Below are positions 1 to 12,605 of a stretch of 64,000 bases of DNA, piece after piece. The stretch comes from Eledone cirrhosa (lineage: Eukaryota). Both the position numbers and the translations under genes were made by a program. How positions within the stretch are numbered: the first letter of the stretch is position 1; every line of letters starts with the position of its first letter. Below the pieces are notes generated by a model. The model ran no database searches. It was given only the letters and a program-made list of their open reading frames with translations, and was not told the origin of the DNA. The stretch spans positions 151,528,001-151,592,000 of the forward strand of contig OZ024743.1 in the NCBI GenBank assembly GCA_964016885.1, given 5' to 3'.

Positions 1-1126
1 CCAAACAAACCAGTCAGTCTAGTGTAAGCTCCTCTATCTGCCACTCATAGCAAACAATACACCCCCTACAAACATACTAATCTACTATAAGCTTATCCAC
101 CCCTTCTTACTTTCTACAATTAGTTGAGCAGTGGTAACTCTGAACAAAACTCCACTTAAACAAGACCTTGCAAACTGCAGCAAATTTAAACTATTTAAGA
201 AAGTAGGAACTCTAAATAAAAACAGAGACAGAGTAAGGGGAATATGGAAGACATAAGTATGGTATAAGCAGAGATAAAGAGTTCTGTGGTGAAAATGACC
301 TAACAATTTGCAAACTAATATTAAGAAACCAGCAAACTTATCAATCAGATAAACATGCAAGCCAGATAGATTTCAAAACCAATCAATAGGAAGACTGGCT
401 GTGAATACTATCTCTTTCTCCAGTAAAGTAAGTACTACTCAGATGAAAGCTAAACAGACAACTTGGAGAAGGAAGCTAAAAAATCCTTTAACCAAAGGAG
501 ATGGATACTTATAATATATAGGACCTCTGGGAGTTTATATAATTATGAGACAACCTGCTGTGGGCTGGACCAAATATGACATGGTGGTGGAATGGTGCAG
601 TAGAGAGGACCATATGAGATAATAGACAGGCCTAAAATGTTTGGAGCAGAGAATAATATCAAGTTGTTAGAAAAGAGGCTAGACACCAAGTAAATATGGC
701 AGAGAAACTGAAAGTAATATGTTTGCCAATGTTCTGCAAAGAGAGGATCAGAGACATGAAGTATTACACAGCAATGTGCCAGTGCATATCATGATACCAT
801 TAGAGAAAATTGAGTATAGAAAGATAGTAGCACACTAAAAAAATGTCAAATGATCTCAGTGGAAGGTATCTAAAGAAGTCATGGGGAGAAATCTCAGGTG
901 GCTGAACTTCATGAAAGAGATAACAAAGACTACAGCAAATTGCAAGCCATTATGTTTGGAAAAGCATATGTAAAGATGATTACAAATCCCACCAAAGTTA
1001 GCTTCGCCTTTCATCCTTATGGGGTTGATAAAATAAAGTACCAGTAATGCACTGGGGTTGATTTTATTGACTTTCCCCTCCCCAAAATTGTTGGCTTTGT
1101 GTCTAAATTAGAAACTATATAAAGTA

Positions 1127-1300
1127 GGGTGGTAGATTGGCAGTATCGGTAGAGCATCGGAAATTATGCTTTACGGCATAGAGTTAAACCTATTTATGAT
1201 CTGAGTTCAAATCCCGCCGAGGTTAGCTTTGTCTTTCATCCTTACGGGGGTCCTCTCCCCCTAAATTGCTGGCCTTGTGCCTAAAAGTAGAAACAATTAT
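1127..1300 (+). mobile_element. tRNA-derived SINE (family A), internally deleted copy
   Basis: Box A-like TGGCAGTATCGGTAGAG, box B GAGTTCAAATCCC, body CTTTCATCCTTACGGGG and tail GGCCTTGTGCCTAAAAGTAGAAACAATTATT. A degenerate copy lies just upstream (about 995-1115). Confidence 0.8.
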
Positions 1301-2361
1301 TATTATTATTAAGGAGATGATGATGATGATGATGATTAAGAGTGAGTGCCATTGAGAGGTTTTTGATGCAGGCCATATACTTGAAAGGTCAGTGCTGAAT
1401 AACAGACTGCTGGTGTAAGGAAGTATAATTGTCAAATATGAGTAAAATCAATATATTTTATTTATGAAACGGAATGAAAGTATAAAGCAGATTTTAAAAG
1501 TACTTCTTTATTTGATGTTTGTAAATATTTTCAAGTGATTGATAATGTATAAATCCCCAAGTCATGACTTACATTTGTTGCATGGAAAGCTTTGTTATGG
1601 AAGAATAATTTATATAGAAACAAATAAATAAAGAAAGAATCTAGTCAATAAGACAGCATTACTTCTAAACAATGATCCAACTCATCCTTAAACAATTCCA
1701 TGACCTAGAAGATTATAAATACTGAATATACCAGGCAATACAAACAACTAATTCTATTGAGCTAAATTTAGTCTTTCTGCTAATTATGAATATTTCACTG
1801 GATAATTCTTTTAAAGAAAACCTAAAAGGCATATTGTTGAGTAGAGTGCTTATACGAAAGCTATAGATATAAAAATGTACTTATTCCTGCAAGGTCAACT
1901 AAGGAGTGAAGATGACATATGGTACACTCATTTGTTCTTTTGCTATTTCAGTCATTGGCCTGCAAATATGGTGGGCTACATACAGCCTTCAAGGGTTTAA
2001 ACGAGTCATATCAATGACATTACATATTTTAGCCCGATACTTATTTTATTGATCTCTATCAATTTACTAAGTAATGCTTTGATACAAAAGGACAGAATTC
2101 AATGGACTAGTTTACACCAGTAAACCTAAGCACAGACATACATATGTATAACACCATTATAATCATTGCTTTTATGCTCAGTTTCCCATGCTTGCATGGG
2201 TTGGATGAGACCTCTTTTTTGGCAAGTCTTCTATAACTGGATGCCTTTTCATACATTATTCTTAATATAGCATATGCCTCTAATGTTTATGAAACCATAT
2301 ATGTTGCTAGATGTAGTGTTTATTGGTGACATGAATAACTGTCACCACAGGCATTATAAAT

Positions 2362-2407
<46 letters not shown>

Positions 2408-2738
2408 ATCATCATAATTGCCATTTAACAATTGCTCTCTCTGCCAATAAGGGTTGCACAGGTCGACATAGACCATGGCAGAACTGAAGTAGGGCTACTG
2501 ACCTCATAAACGGACCAGTTTGTATGGCTGTATGTTTTATCGAGTGCACAGGGGAGGTTGTCATGTCTTTGACTTGACACAACTCAAGAGTCCTCCCAAC
2601 TCTTTGTTTGGCAGGCTTTCTACGAATAGATGCCATTCATATCACCAACCACTGTATAACATGTACTGGGTGTGTTTATCTTGTAGATCACCAGCACTAG
2701 GAAGGTCCCTCCAACCCATATATATGTGTGTTTTTTAG

Positions 2739-3082
2739 ACCCCGTCCCACCCCCACCCCATCCACACCACCCCGTTCTATGTAAAGTTATGTTGGTGCCG
2801 CGCCATCGAGGCCGAAACAAATGAGATTGTGTAGGTGTCACGACAAAAAAACACACAGTCCACGCTGTAATGTGGCCGTGTAGGCAACACGGTAAAAACC
2901 TCCCAGACCCACACTGTAAATGTGGTTGGTGTTAGGAAGGGCATCCAACTGTAGAAAACCTGCCAGACAGTCCTATGCGAGCAAGACAATCACTCTTGCC
3001 TCAAGTGGGACTACCCCCGTCCAAACCCATGCAAGCGTGGAACACGGACGTTAAACGCTGATGATGATGATGATGATGATGA
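2739..3082 (+). mobile_element. 5'-truncated RTE LINE, 3'UTR only (long-3'UTR family)
   Basis: Nearly identical to 17771-18120, which follows an RTE ORF stop. Ends in CCCATGCAAGCGTGGAACACGGACGTTAAACG(ATG)n. Confidence 0.9.
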
Positions 3083-3377
3083 TACCATATCTTTACAAGT
3101 TGTAGATGATTAAAGGATTTGCATTAGGAAGGGCATCTGGCTGTAAAATATAGTCTTAAAATATTCCATCCAATCCATACTAGCTGGCCAGTTTTTCCAT
3201 TTATATGGGTATTTTACCCAATTTTCTCAGCTATTATTTATAGTAACTGATTGTGGTTACTGTTATTTTCTGTCTTTGAAATTTCTATATTTTCTAAGAA
3301 ACAATCTTGTCTGTCATGCTATAGTAAAATTTATTGTAAGCTGTCCTAGCAGAACAGACACATTGTCATTATTGGCT

Positions 3378-3499
3378 TTCTGAGTTCAAATCCCGCCGAG
3401 GTTGACTTTGCCTTTCATCCTTACGGGGTCGATAAAATAAAGTACCAGTAATGCACTGGATAATTGCTGGCCTTGTGCCTAAAGTAGAAACAATTATTG
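3378..3499 (+). mobile_element. 5'-truncated SINE family A with target-site duplication
   Basis: Runs from box B to the tail. ATTATTGGCTTT is repeated on both sides. Confidence 0.85.
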
Positions 3500-4016
3500 G
3501 CTTTGACTTTCTATGGAGGAGACTTCAACTGTCAGTTGTTTGTTTCTAGGACTAGACCACTGAAGAGATTCTTTGAAATCCTAATTGTTAATTAGCAATT
3601 TCTAATATTTGCAATTAGCAATATTTTGGCAAGATTGAAACCGTATGTTTCAGGTGATTAAAATGAGTTTTATTTTTAACATTCTCTTTATTAAATTTCT
3701 TTAATTTCTTATTTGCCCTATTATATTCTATATGGGTATGATTACTTCATGGTTGTATTGCAATGAGTTCACTCTGATACAAGTTTTCACACCTGCTATT
3801 ATTGAGCAAGTACCATGAACGACATGATCATGAGTGGATGCTACTATGCATTTAGTACAGTATTGATCTACATTCTTAAATATATCCTGCCATTATATTC
3901 ATCAAAGGTCATTTATTGAAATGGAACCAGCAGGAGGGGACTTTTACAGTGCCTTTCTTAAACACTCTTTAAAAAAGTCCCAACAGCACTCCAATCTTGC
4001 TGTCAACCTTCACCAT

Positions 4017-4053
<37 letters not shown>

Positions 4054-4384
4054 TTTAATTCCTTTAAATCTTCATCAACACTCCTTCACTCCACTCCCAC
4101 ACTCATTAATACCACACCCCACACACATTCAAATCTCTCTTATATATAGAGTCACACATCACAACACAACCTGATCTCACTTTGACGATCGCCACTGACG
4201 AATGCGAGAAAGTTCTCCAAGAAAGTTAACCAGGAATCTTTAAAATTCTTCCCACCGAAGTTAACAAAGAACTTACTAGATCTACCAACTCATAATATTA
4301 TAATATTATAAAATTAAATCAAATTATTTAGAACTACAAGTGAAGTCATTGATTTCCTTTTTCTCAAATATATATATATCCAGC

Positions 4385-4747
4385 GAAGCCTCCAGCCCAT
4401 ACTGTAAAATGGTCATGATGGCAATACAGCAAAAAAGTGCCCAGCCCATACTATAAAGTGGATGTGTAGGTCTCATGACAAAAAGCACCCAGTCCACGCT
4501 GTAAAGTGGTCGTGAATGGCAAAAGTGCACAGACAACACTGTAAAGTGGTTGTATAGGCGTCACGACAAAAAGCACCCAGTACTCAGTGTAAATGAGGTT
4601 GGTGTTAGGAAGGGCATCCAGCTGTAGAAACCAAGCCCAAATCAGTTCTGTATGAGCAAGACATGGCCACCTGACGTGGCATTGCTCACAACAGGGTAAC
4701 TCATCTAACTTATACCAGTGTGGAAAATTGGACATAAAACGATGATG
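4385..4747 (+). mobile_element. Non-autonomous RTE-tailed element with about 5 tandem ~50-nt units
   Basis: Repeated CCCAG-CCAC-CTGTAAAGTGG units, then GGTGTTAGGAAGGGCATCCAGCTGTAGAAA, then a degenerate RTE tail ending GATGATG. Confidence 0.7.
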
Positions 4748-5997
4748 TGTGTGCGTGTGCGTGTGCGCGCGTGCGTGCGTGCGTGCGTGCGTGCGTGTGT
4801 ACATGATGTAAAGTGGTTGGTGGTAAGAAAGGTATCCAGCCATAGAAAGCTGGCTAAACAAAGGGTTAGGGGGGCTCTTCGGTTCTTTCACAGACATGAC
4901 AACCTCTCTAGTGCACCATAAAATGTACCCAATAGAGTGTGGAACAGTGTATAAGCTAGATACAATCCTCTGATCTGTGCTGGAAAGTTTGTGATGGTCT
5001 TAGCAGTGTTATTAAGTAAGTAAAGTGTAGTATTGAAAGTGTGTTTCTAATATACTTTGTGACACTTTAGGTGATGTTGTATGGTACCAGTTTGTTGTGT
5101 TCTCATTGGAAGATGTATTTAAGATCTCTTGTTAATGGAAGTGGTGCTTGTCTAGTGTGAACTCTCTATATAGCAAGTGGATGACACCTGTGTTGGGAAT
5201 GTTATTGAAGAGTAGCAAATGGACCACCAATGACGACTGTTAAATAAATTACCCCTAAGTAGTGGAGGGTAATGTAAACCTGATTCCTATCAAAACTCAA
5301 GTTAATGCTTTCAACATAAATAGTATTATTCCTTAACAACGACAATTATTGTTTTGATTAGGCACAAACCAGTTTTGTAAGAAGCTGAAATTTAGTTAAC
5401 TAAATCAATAAATTATATAAATGACACCTATTTTTCTTTACCTAAGAAATATATAAAAGCGAAAGTATGTGCTTAAAACTGTTTAGTACTTAAATAAACA
5501 TAAATTATCTATTCTGGCTCTTAACTATCAATGCCCTCCTAACTACTTTAATAAGAATACTAATGGCTTCTTCTAACCCTTTCAATAACAATCTGAGACC
5601 ACCCATGATTCTATAATATAAAACCTATCATCTTAAATTGCATATATTTAAATTAAAACTCCAAATATCTATAGACAGGGGGCTATAACTAATTAAATTG
5701 ACTCTAGTTTCACTACATATTTTGTCAAAGTGAACTGTTTTCCATAGGTAAATGGAAGGGAGTAAAATAATTTCTCTATTTTATCCTCGACTGACAGAAA
5801 TTGGAGGTAATTAACGGACATTCGTGCCAGAACTGTGGCTCAGGGGATTCCCAAATAAAGTTTTTAATGATACAATTAAATTATAATACTGAAATGTTAA
5901 GAATAAATATTCAAACTATTTTATGCTTATTATAACTTAGGCACACACGTAGTAAATGGATTACTAAATATATGGTGGTTGACAGATATTAAACATA

Positions 5998-6091
5998 ATT
6001 GTTTCTATTTTTGGCACAAGGCCAGCAATTATCCTAGTGTATTACTGGTACTTTATTTTATCGACCCCGTAAGGATGAAAGGCAAAGTTAA
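5998..6091 (-). mobile_element. Headless SINE family A copy
   Basis: Reverse complement of the SINE A body and tail. TTAAACATAAT is repeated on both flanks. Confidence 0.8.
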
Positions 6092-6647
6092 ACATAATAC
6101 TTGATAGTTTTGATTTAAATGATTATGGAAGACTGTGAGTGGAGGGATGCTGTGCTTAAAATGACCTGTCCAACCATAGAAAAATAGATATAAAATGATG
6201 ATGATGACTCAATTACTACAGTTAAATCATAGTTTCTCTTATTAACCTTGTACAGCATAAAGAAAATGCTGCTGCAGTTATAATATTTTAATTTAGGAAA
6301 GCAGTAATTTTTTAAATATTTAAAGTAAATATTTTATGAGGAAAATCTCTTTGATACAGCTGTTTGCATGTATGCAGATGATTGTGTTCTTGTGCTATCA
6401 TAGTCAAATCTATAATATAATAAAAGGAGGAGTGCAGGACAGTGTCCGTTTTAAATTTTTTTATCCCGTGAGTAAAATAAGTTGGATTGCTTTGAATAAA
6501 TAATGAATAAATATTATATAATTTATCTACTAAATTTCGTAGCTCTTGTTTAAACATAAATATTCTTATATATAAAGTATTGCTTATTTTAAGATTCACT
6601 TCTTTAAAATTTTCAAATGTCAACACTTCCAGTTAGCATCCATTATT

Positions 6648-6822
6648 TTGGCAGTATCGGTAGAGGGTCGGACGTCATGCTTTCCAGCATAGTTACGTCC
6701 CTTTACGATCTGAGTTCAAATCCCGCCGAGGTTGACTTTGCCTTTCATCCTTACGGAGTCGATAAAATAAAGTACCAGTAATGCACTGGGTAATTGCTGG
6801 CCTTGTGCCAATAGTAGAAACA
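6648..6822 (+). mobile_element. tRNA-derived SINE family A, near full length
   Basis: Box A, extended stem GGACGT..ACGTCC, box B, body and tail. Nearly identical to 62773-62947. Confidence 0.88.
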
Positions 6823-7184
6823 TATAAGGTTTATATTTCGGTCTCCAATTTTCTCCTTTTTTGTTTTCATAACACTTTAGTTTATTATATATACAGTTTA
6901 TATATAATATCTTTTTTTCATATATCATGGATTACTTTACTGATTACAGAAGAGAGTGTAACACAGACTTTGTTTAATTTCTGTGCATATTGTCAATTAC
7001 GATTTCATTTGACGTATCATATCTACATGCACATATATTTGCGTATAATATCAATATGCACACTACACATGCTAGCAGAAAACCACCTGAAGGGTGGTTT
7101 TTCTGCTAGTGAATTTAATTATGATCAATGCAATTTTCCATAATAGATATGAATTAATTGCTTTCATCTTCATACATACATGGA

Positions 7185-7608
7185 AATGTACCCAGTACAC
7201 CCTGTAAGGTAGTTGAGGATAGAAAGGGCCCCATACAGTAAAAACCACACAAAAAGGGTTGAGAGGATCCTTCAGTCATGTCAAAAGCCTGACAATATCT
7301 CTAGTGTTGATGATCTACAAAATAAATGCTGTAAAGTGGTTAGTAATAAGAAGAGTATCCAGCCATAGAAAGCTTGCTAAACGAAGGGTTGAGGGGACTC
7401 TTTAGTTGTGTCAAAGATATGATAACCTCTCGAGTGGTGGTGTCACAAAATGCACATGGTAGAGCATAGGACCATGTGTAAGCGAAATGCAGACACCCTG
7501 CCTGTCTGGGAGATCAGTAGCTGGCTTGAGTACTGATTCAGTCTATGTAAACCCGTCCAACCCTTGCTGGCAGTGAAAACAGATGTTAAACGATGATGAT
7601 GATGATGA
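7185..7608 (+). mobile_element. Old RTE-tailed non-autonomous element
   Basis: Two degenerate CTGTAAAGTGGTT..AAGGGCATCCAGCC units and an RTE tail CCCGTCCAACCCTTGC..GTTAAACGATGATG. Related fragments occur at about 2440-2715 (minus) and 4805-4960. Confidence 0.6.
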
Positions 7609-8439
7609 CATACACATTAGATATGATACTGATTGTTATATAAGCAGAAAATGACAAATTTGGGGGTTGATTGCATAGACTCCACTACTTGACTATTGAT
7701 CCTGGATAGTTGAAATATGAAGTCAACCATGCAGGTTTTGTAGTTGCACTGTAAAGAGATGATTAAATGCCATTAGATAAAATACTATAACATCTATCAT
7801 GTAAATGTTAAGTATTCTATAAACCATAGTGAAAAGAAAAATGCAAAGCTGCCAACATACAGCCAGAGGCAACAGATTGGGTGACATGTCTGTTCAAAAC
7901 TTTACTACAATTAAATGACATTTTATATTTTATTGATCCTAATGTACCAAAACCATACCATAAAGTATTCAACAAAATACTCTTATCTATGTGACAGTCA
8001 TTCCATTTCCTCTTAAATTAATGCATATTATTAATTGGTTGAATTGTATGAACAAAAAGAAGTTAAAAAGAGATACATTTTTAGATAAGGTACCCCACTA
8101 CCTAGCCAAGAACATGTTCTGTTCTACTGTCTCCTTTTCACCACCACGAACACCTGCACCAATGTACATCATATAGACCTGTGTCTGAGGAGGGGAAACA
8201 TTATAGAAAAGAAGAGGCATGTATAGTGAGATAGTTTAGATACAGATGTCAAACTGAGATAGATGACAATTTTCTTTTGTTGATGAACCATTGCATTGTT
8301 AGCGTTCAATTGGAGATATATAAGAATATATCCAATGACAGAAAAGGTAAATGTCAGATAGCTGATAATATTTCTTATGGATTGAGTTTGTAGCTCAGTA
8401 TTAGTTTTTCATTTCTCTGCAGCATTCACATATCTCCTG

Positions 8440-8870
8440 CTTTCACTGACATGAGCAGTGTATGTAGAGGGTATGCGAAAGCTGGAGAGGAATGAAGCAA
8501 GCAGCTTCAATGGATATGCAATGTTAATGTGTGAGAATGACAAAGCATGGATGAATTGAGAGAGAAATTGGGTATAAGAGGAATCTGATATAATGTGTAA
8601 GAGAGAAGACTGTGATGGTATGGACATGTGATGCACATGGATGATGATCACTGGGTGAAGAGGTGTAAAGAAATCCAAGTGGAGAGAAACTGCAATAGAG
8701 GAAGACCAAGGAAGACATGGGCAGATGTGGTGAAAGCTGATCTCAAATTGCTGAGGCTTACAGAGGAGATAGCAGAGGAGAACAACAAGTGGGGAGATGC
8801 TGGGCTAAGAAAGACCTGTCCAGCAAATGCAAGCGTGGAACAGCAAATGTAAAATGATGATGATGATGAT
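8440..8870 (+). mobile_element. Decayed RTE LINE 3' fragment
   Basis: Translates to WYGHVMHMDDDHWVKRCKEIQVE..RGRPRKTWADVV and ends in a (GAT)n tail. Confidence 0.85.
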
Positions 8871-9288
8871 ATGAAATAAGAGCATAAGAAATGGTGAAAT
8901 GTAAGGAGAATATCTGGACACACACAATCAAGGGCAGGCATCAACCATTGAAAGACTTACTAAAGTTGTAGTTAAATCAGTCTACAACCCAACTATAATC
9001 CGAATTAGAAGAAATTTTTTCACCCTCGCTTTTATTTTAATGAAAACTTTTATATAAACATGATATGAAATGAATTGAAATGATGAGTGTGTAAAACATT
9101 TTCATAAAATTGTAAGAATGTCAAATGTGGAAATAGCTGTGAAATAGCCAGCTGTTATGATGAATAGCAAAGAGTTGGGTTAAAATATAACCTCTTATGA
9201 ATGGAAGAATGGTAAAAGAAGAGAGAGAGAGAACGAAAGGAATAGAGTGTAAAGCATATGATGAGAGATAAGAAAGGTTTATATATAT

Positions 9289-9830
9289 ATCATCATCGTT
9301 TATACATGGGTTGGATGGGTCCATCTCAGCATGGCATCTCTCCACTTATCACATTCCTTCATCATCTCCTTGCTCAGTCTTAGCCATTTGAGGTTTGCTC
9401 TCACAACCTCTGCCCAGGTCTTTCTTGATCGTCTTCTCAAGCAGCTTCCTTCAACTGGGATTTCCCGGCATTTCTTCACCCTTCGGTCATTGTCCATGCA
9501 CATCACATTTCCATACCAATACAGTCTTCTCTCCTACTCACTATCGCAGATTCTCTATAAGCCCAGCATCTCTCTCAGGTCATCCAAGATGTGGCTTTCT
9601 CTCACATTTACATTACACTTCCAATGAAACATGGTTGCTTCATTTCTCTCAGGTCTATGCATGTCCTCTGTGATCACAGCCCATGTTTCACTACCATGCA
9701 GCATTTCGCACCACACACAGGCATCATACAGCCTTCCTTTTGTACGTAGGGTGAACCCTTTTGTTGTCAGCAGTGGGCGCAGTCTTCTAAACTTCTTTCA
9801 TCCTATCCTTATTCTAGCTATTATACTCCC
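9289..9830 (-). mobile_element. Decayed RTE LINE 3' fragment
   Basis: Translates to ..MDNDRRVKKCREIPVEG..RSRKTWAEVV. The tail reads CATCATCGTTT on the plus strand. Confidence 0.85.
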
Positions 9831-11786
9831 ATAAACTTCCTTCTAACCACATGATTTATACTGCTCTCTTGTTATGTTTTATCTTTCTACCAACAGAAAT
9901 TTTGATTCAGTTGTGTAGGCTAACCGTTAAATATGTGATACTTCCTGTTCTGCATGCTATCACGTGGCTAGAAGGATGCTGAAAAGGTGATTAGGACATT
10001 AATTCTTTATTTCTTCAACTTTTCTCCACTGTTTTATCATTCTTAATTCTCCACGTCAACTTTTATGCTCACTCACATTCCCATTTTTCTTCTCTCTTTC
10101 TCTATATCTTTCTCATCTCTCATCATAAGCTTTACGCTCTATTGCTTTCATTCTCTCTCTCTCTTCTTTTCTGATCATTCTTCCATTCATAAGAGGTTAG
10201 ATTTTAATCCGACTCCTTCCTATTCATCATAGCAGCTGGCTGTTTCACAGTTATTTTCCCGTTTGTGTTTCCAAAAACTCTCATGGTTTCTCTGAAAGAA
10301 TTTAGGGTGTTTGGAGAAAGTTGATGACATTTTCTACTACCATGAAGATATTAAAGGAGATGTCAGTTAATATGTGGAGAGAGTAAAGTTTCCTTTAGGG
10401 CATAACACTTAGATGTATCCATTACCATTCTGAAGTAGGAGTTAATCATGTAAAAGCGTGAATAGCCTTAAAGATTGTTTAAGAATTGTGAATTAAACAG
10501 CATCAAAACATATGAGTTAAAATGCTAAAAAAAGTTAACAATTAAAATGTATATACATATATATATAAACATACATGGGCATAGTTGGGTCGTTGGCAAC
10601 TAAACTGGTAACTTAGCTAGGCCTACTTGGTGAAAAGGGTGACCTTTGAACTCCCTGTAGGATGAAGACCCCGTCAAGCGATGAGAGAACTCAGGAGAAT
10701 TAATAGTCATTCTATAGTGTGTATTATATATGTATATATATGAGTAATTACATGTGTATATATATGTGTATGGGAAAAGAATTCTCTGACATGAAACTCA
10801 AGGTGCTTGTAGTTTGTGGCCATCTTCCTTCTCACTTAATGCTAGGTTAATGGTTTTATGCATTTGCAGAGTGTTAAGTGTTTTTCACTATAAAATTTGA
10901 TGTTTGGTACTTTTTACATTTTATCTTTCTCAATACAAGTCAAGAATAGAACTTCTTGGAACCACAATCAGATGGCAGACTTTTCATAGCAGTCAGAGTA
11001 TTACATAAGTATACAACAATGAAATAGCACCACATCCATTGTTTTCTTAATGGTGAGTAGGTGCCTGTGTATGTGAGAGTAGTTGACCTCCAGGTCACCT
11101 TCAATTAAATAGAATTTCAGCAGTAACAGACACACCTTCCCTGAAGAAATTATGTATTTTGAAGGAAGAAATTAAAATATATCTATGAAATCGAAGAATT
11201 TATGTAATACAAATTATAATAAGAATAAAGTGAATGTTAATAACATTGTACATGGTGGTTTCCACATATGTATGCACTGAACTGCAAAAGCTAAAGGCTG
11301 TCTTCTTTAGAGAAATCAATATAGCATCAATATGATGGATTTGGGTGGGAATAATGTCAGTTTACTCATGCACACATGTTAAAAAAAAAGGACTTTTAAA
11401 TATATAGTTCTTCCCCCATAATCATCATCCATATATACATACATAAACATACATACATACATATATATATATATAGAGAGAGAGAGAGGGAGGGATAGAG
11501 AATGTAAATGGTGGAAGGCTTAAGGGGTGTGTACTAAGATTGAAATTTTAAAAGAATTGTTTGCTTTTTGCAAAGACTACTGTAATACATATTAACTATA
11601 ATGTGGTTTAATATCGGGGATCTAATCACTTGAGACAGAAAAAAAGTGAACAGAATTACCTGGAGGAATTGAACTATGTCACTTCCATATTCCAGTAGGC
11701 AGGTCTTACTACTAGTAGTTCCTTGTTTTTGTCTCAAGAGGGTATATCTCAAATTTTATTCAACTATATTTGTATGTATGTAGTAT

Positions 11787-12605
11787 ATCATCATCATCAA
11801 CTTCATTTAACGTCCATCTTCCACGCTAGCATGGGTTAGACGGGAGTTGTCCCACTTGAGGCAAGGTTGGTCGGGTGACCATGTCTCGCTCATATAGGAC
11901 TATCTGGCAGGTTTTCTACGGCTGGATGCCTTTCTTAACACCAACCACATTTACAGTGTGGAACTGGGAACTTTTTACACGGCCACATTACAGCGTGGAC
12001 TGTGTTTTTTTGTTGTGATAACTACACGATCTCGATCTCATTATCTCATTTATTTGAACTGGATGTTGTGGTACCAACTTTACAGAGAGAGGGTGGTGTT
12101 GGTGTGAGTGGGAGGATAGGGTAGGGGTAGTGGATTGGGGTGTATATTTGGTTAAGAGGTGCCTACTGACTGTAGGTTTCGCTTTGTACATAGGCAAGGT
12201 GGGTCTTCTGTATTACTGCGTAGCGCCAAAGATCTCGGTCCAGTGACATTGTCTTAGAGAGGTGCAAGTGTGTAAGGTCGGAATTTATCAGATCGTCCCA
12301 GGTTTTTCTGGGTCTACCTACTCCGTAACTACCATCAATTTTGATCACCCTGCACTTTTTTATACAGCTGTCGTCTTTCATGCGCATTACGTGGCCATAC
12401 CAACGTAGTCTTCTCTCAAGTAAACAGCATCTGATCCCTCTTATTCCTAATTTCTCACTTAGTTCATTTATGCTTTGCCATTCACGTATATTACTATTAC
12501 ACATCCAACAGAGCATGCATGCTTCGTTCCTTTCCAGTCTATGCAGGTCCTCTGCACGCAATGCCCATGTCTCACTACCATGTAGCATTGCTGTTCGTAT
12601 ACAAA
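11787..12605 (-). mobile_element. 5'-truncated RTE LINE (long-3'UTR family)
   Basis: ORF 12163-12705 contains AMLHGSETW..RRLRWYGHVMRM..GRPRKTW. The 3'UTR module and (GAT)n tail follow. Confidence 0.92.

Noticed and set aside
4385-4630. CRISPR-like repeat array
   Set aside because: The units are diverged tandem copies without unique spacers, the context is eukaryotic, and no cas genes are present.
8103-8185. Minus-strand exon candidate after a strong pyrimidine tract
   Set aside because: The donor is weak and the frame is not compatible with the other candidate exons.
11655-11680. Further AG|GT juxtapositions (also at about 5440, 28015 and 31518 minus; 32885 plus)
   Set aside because: The pyrimidine tracts or donors are weak, as expected by chance in AT-rich DNA.
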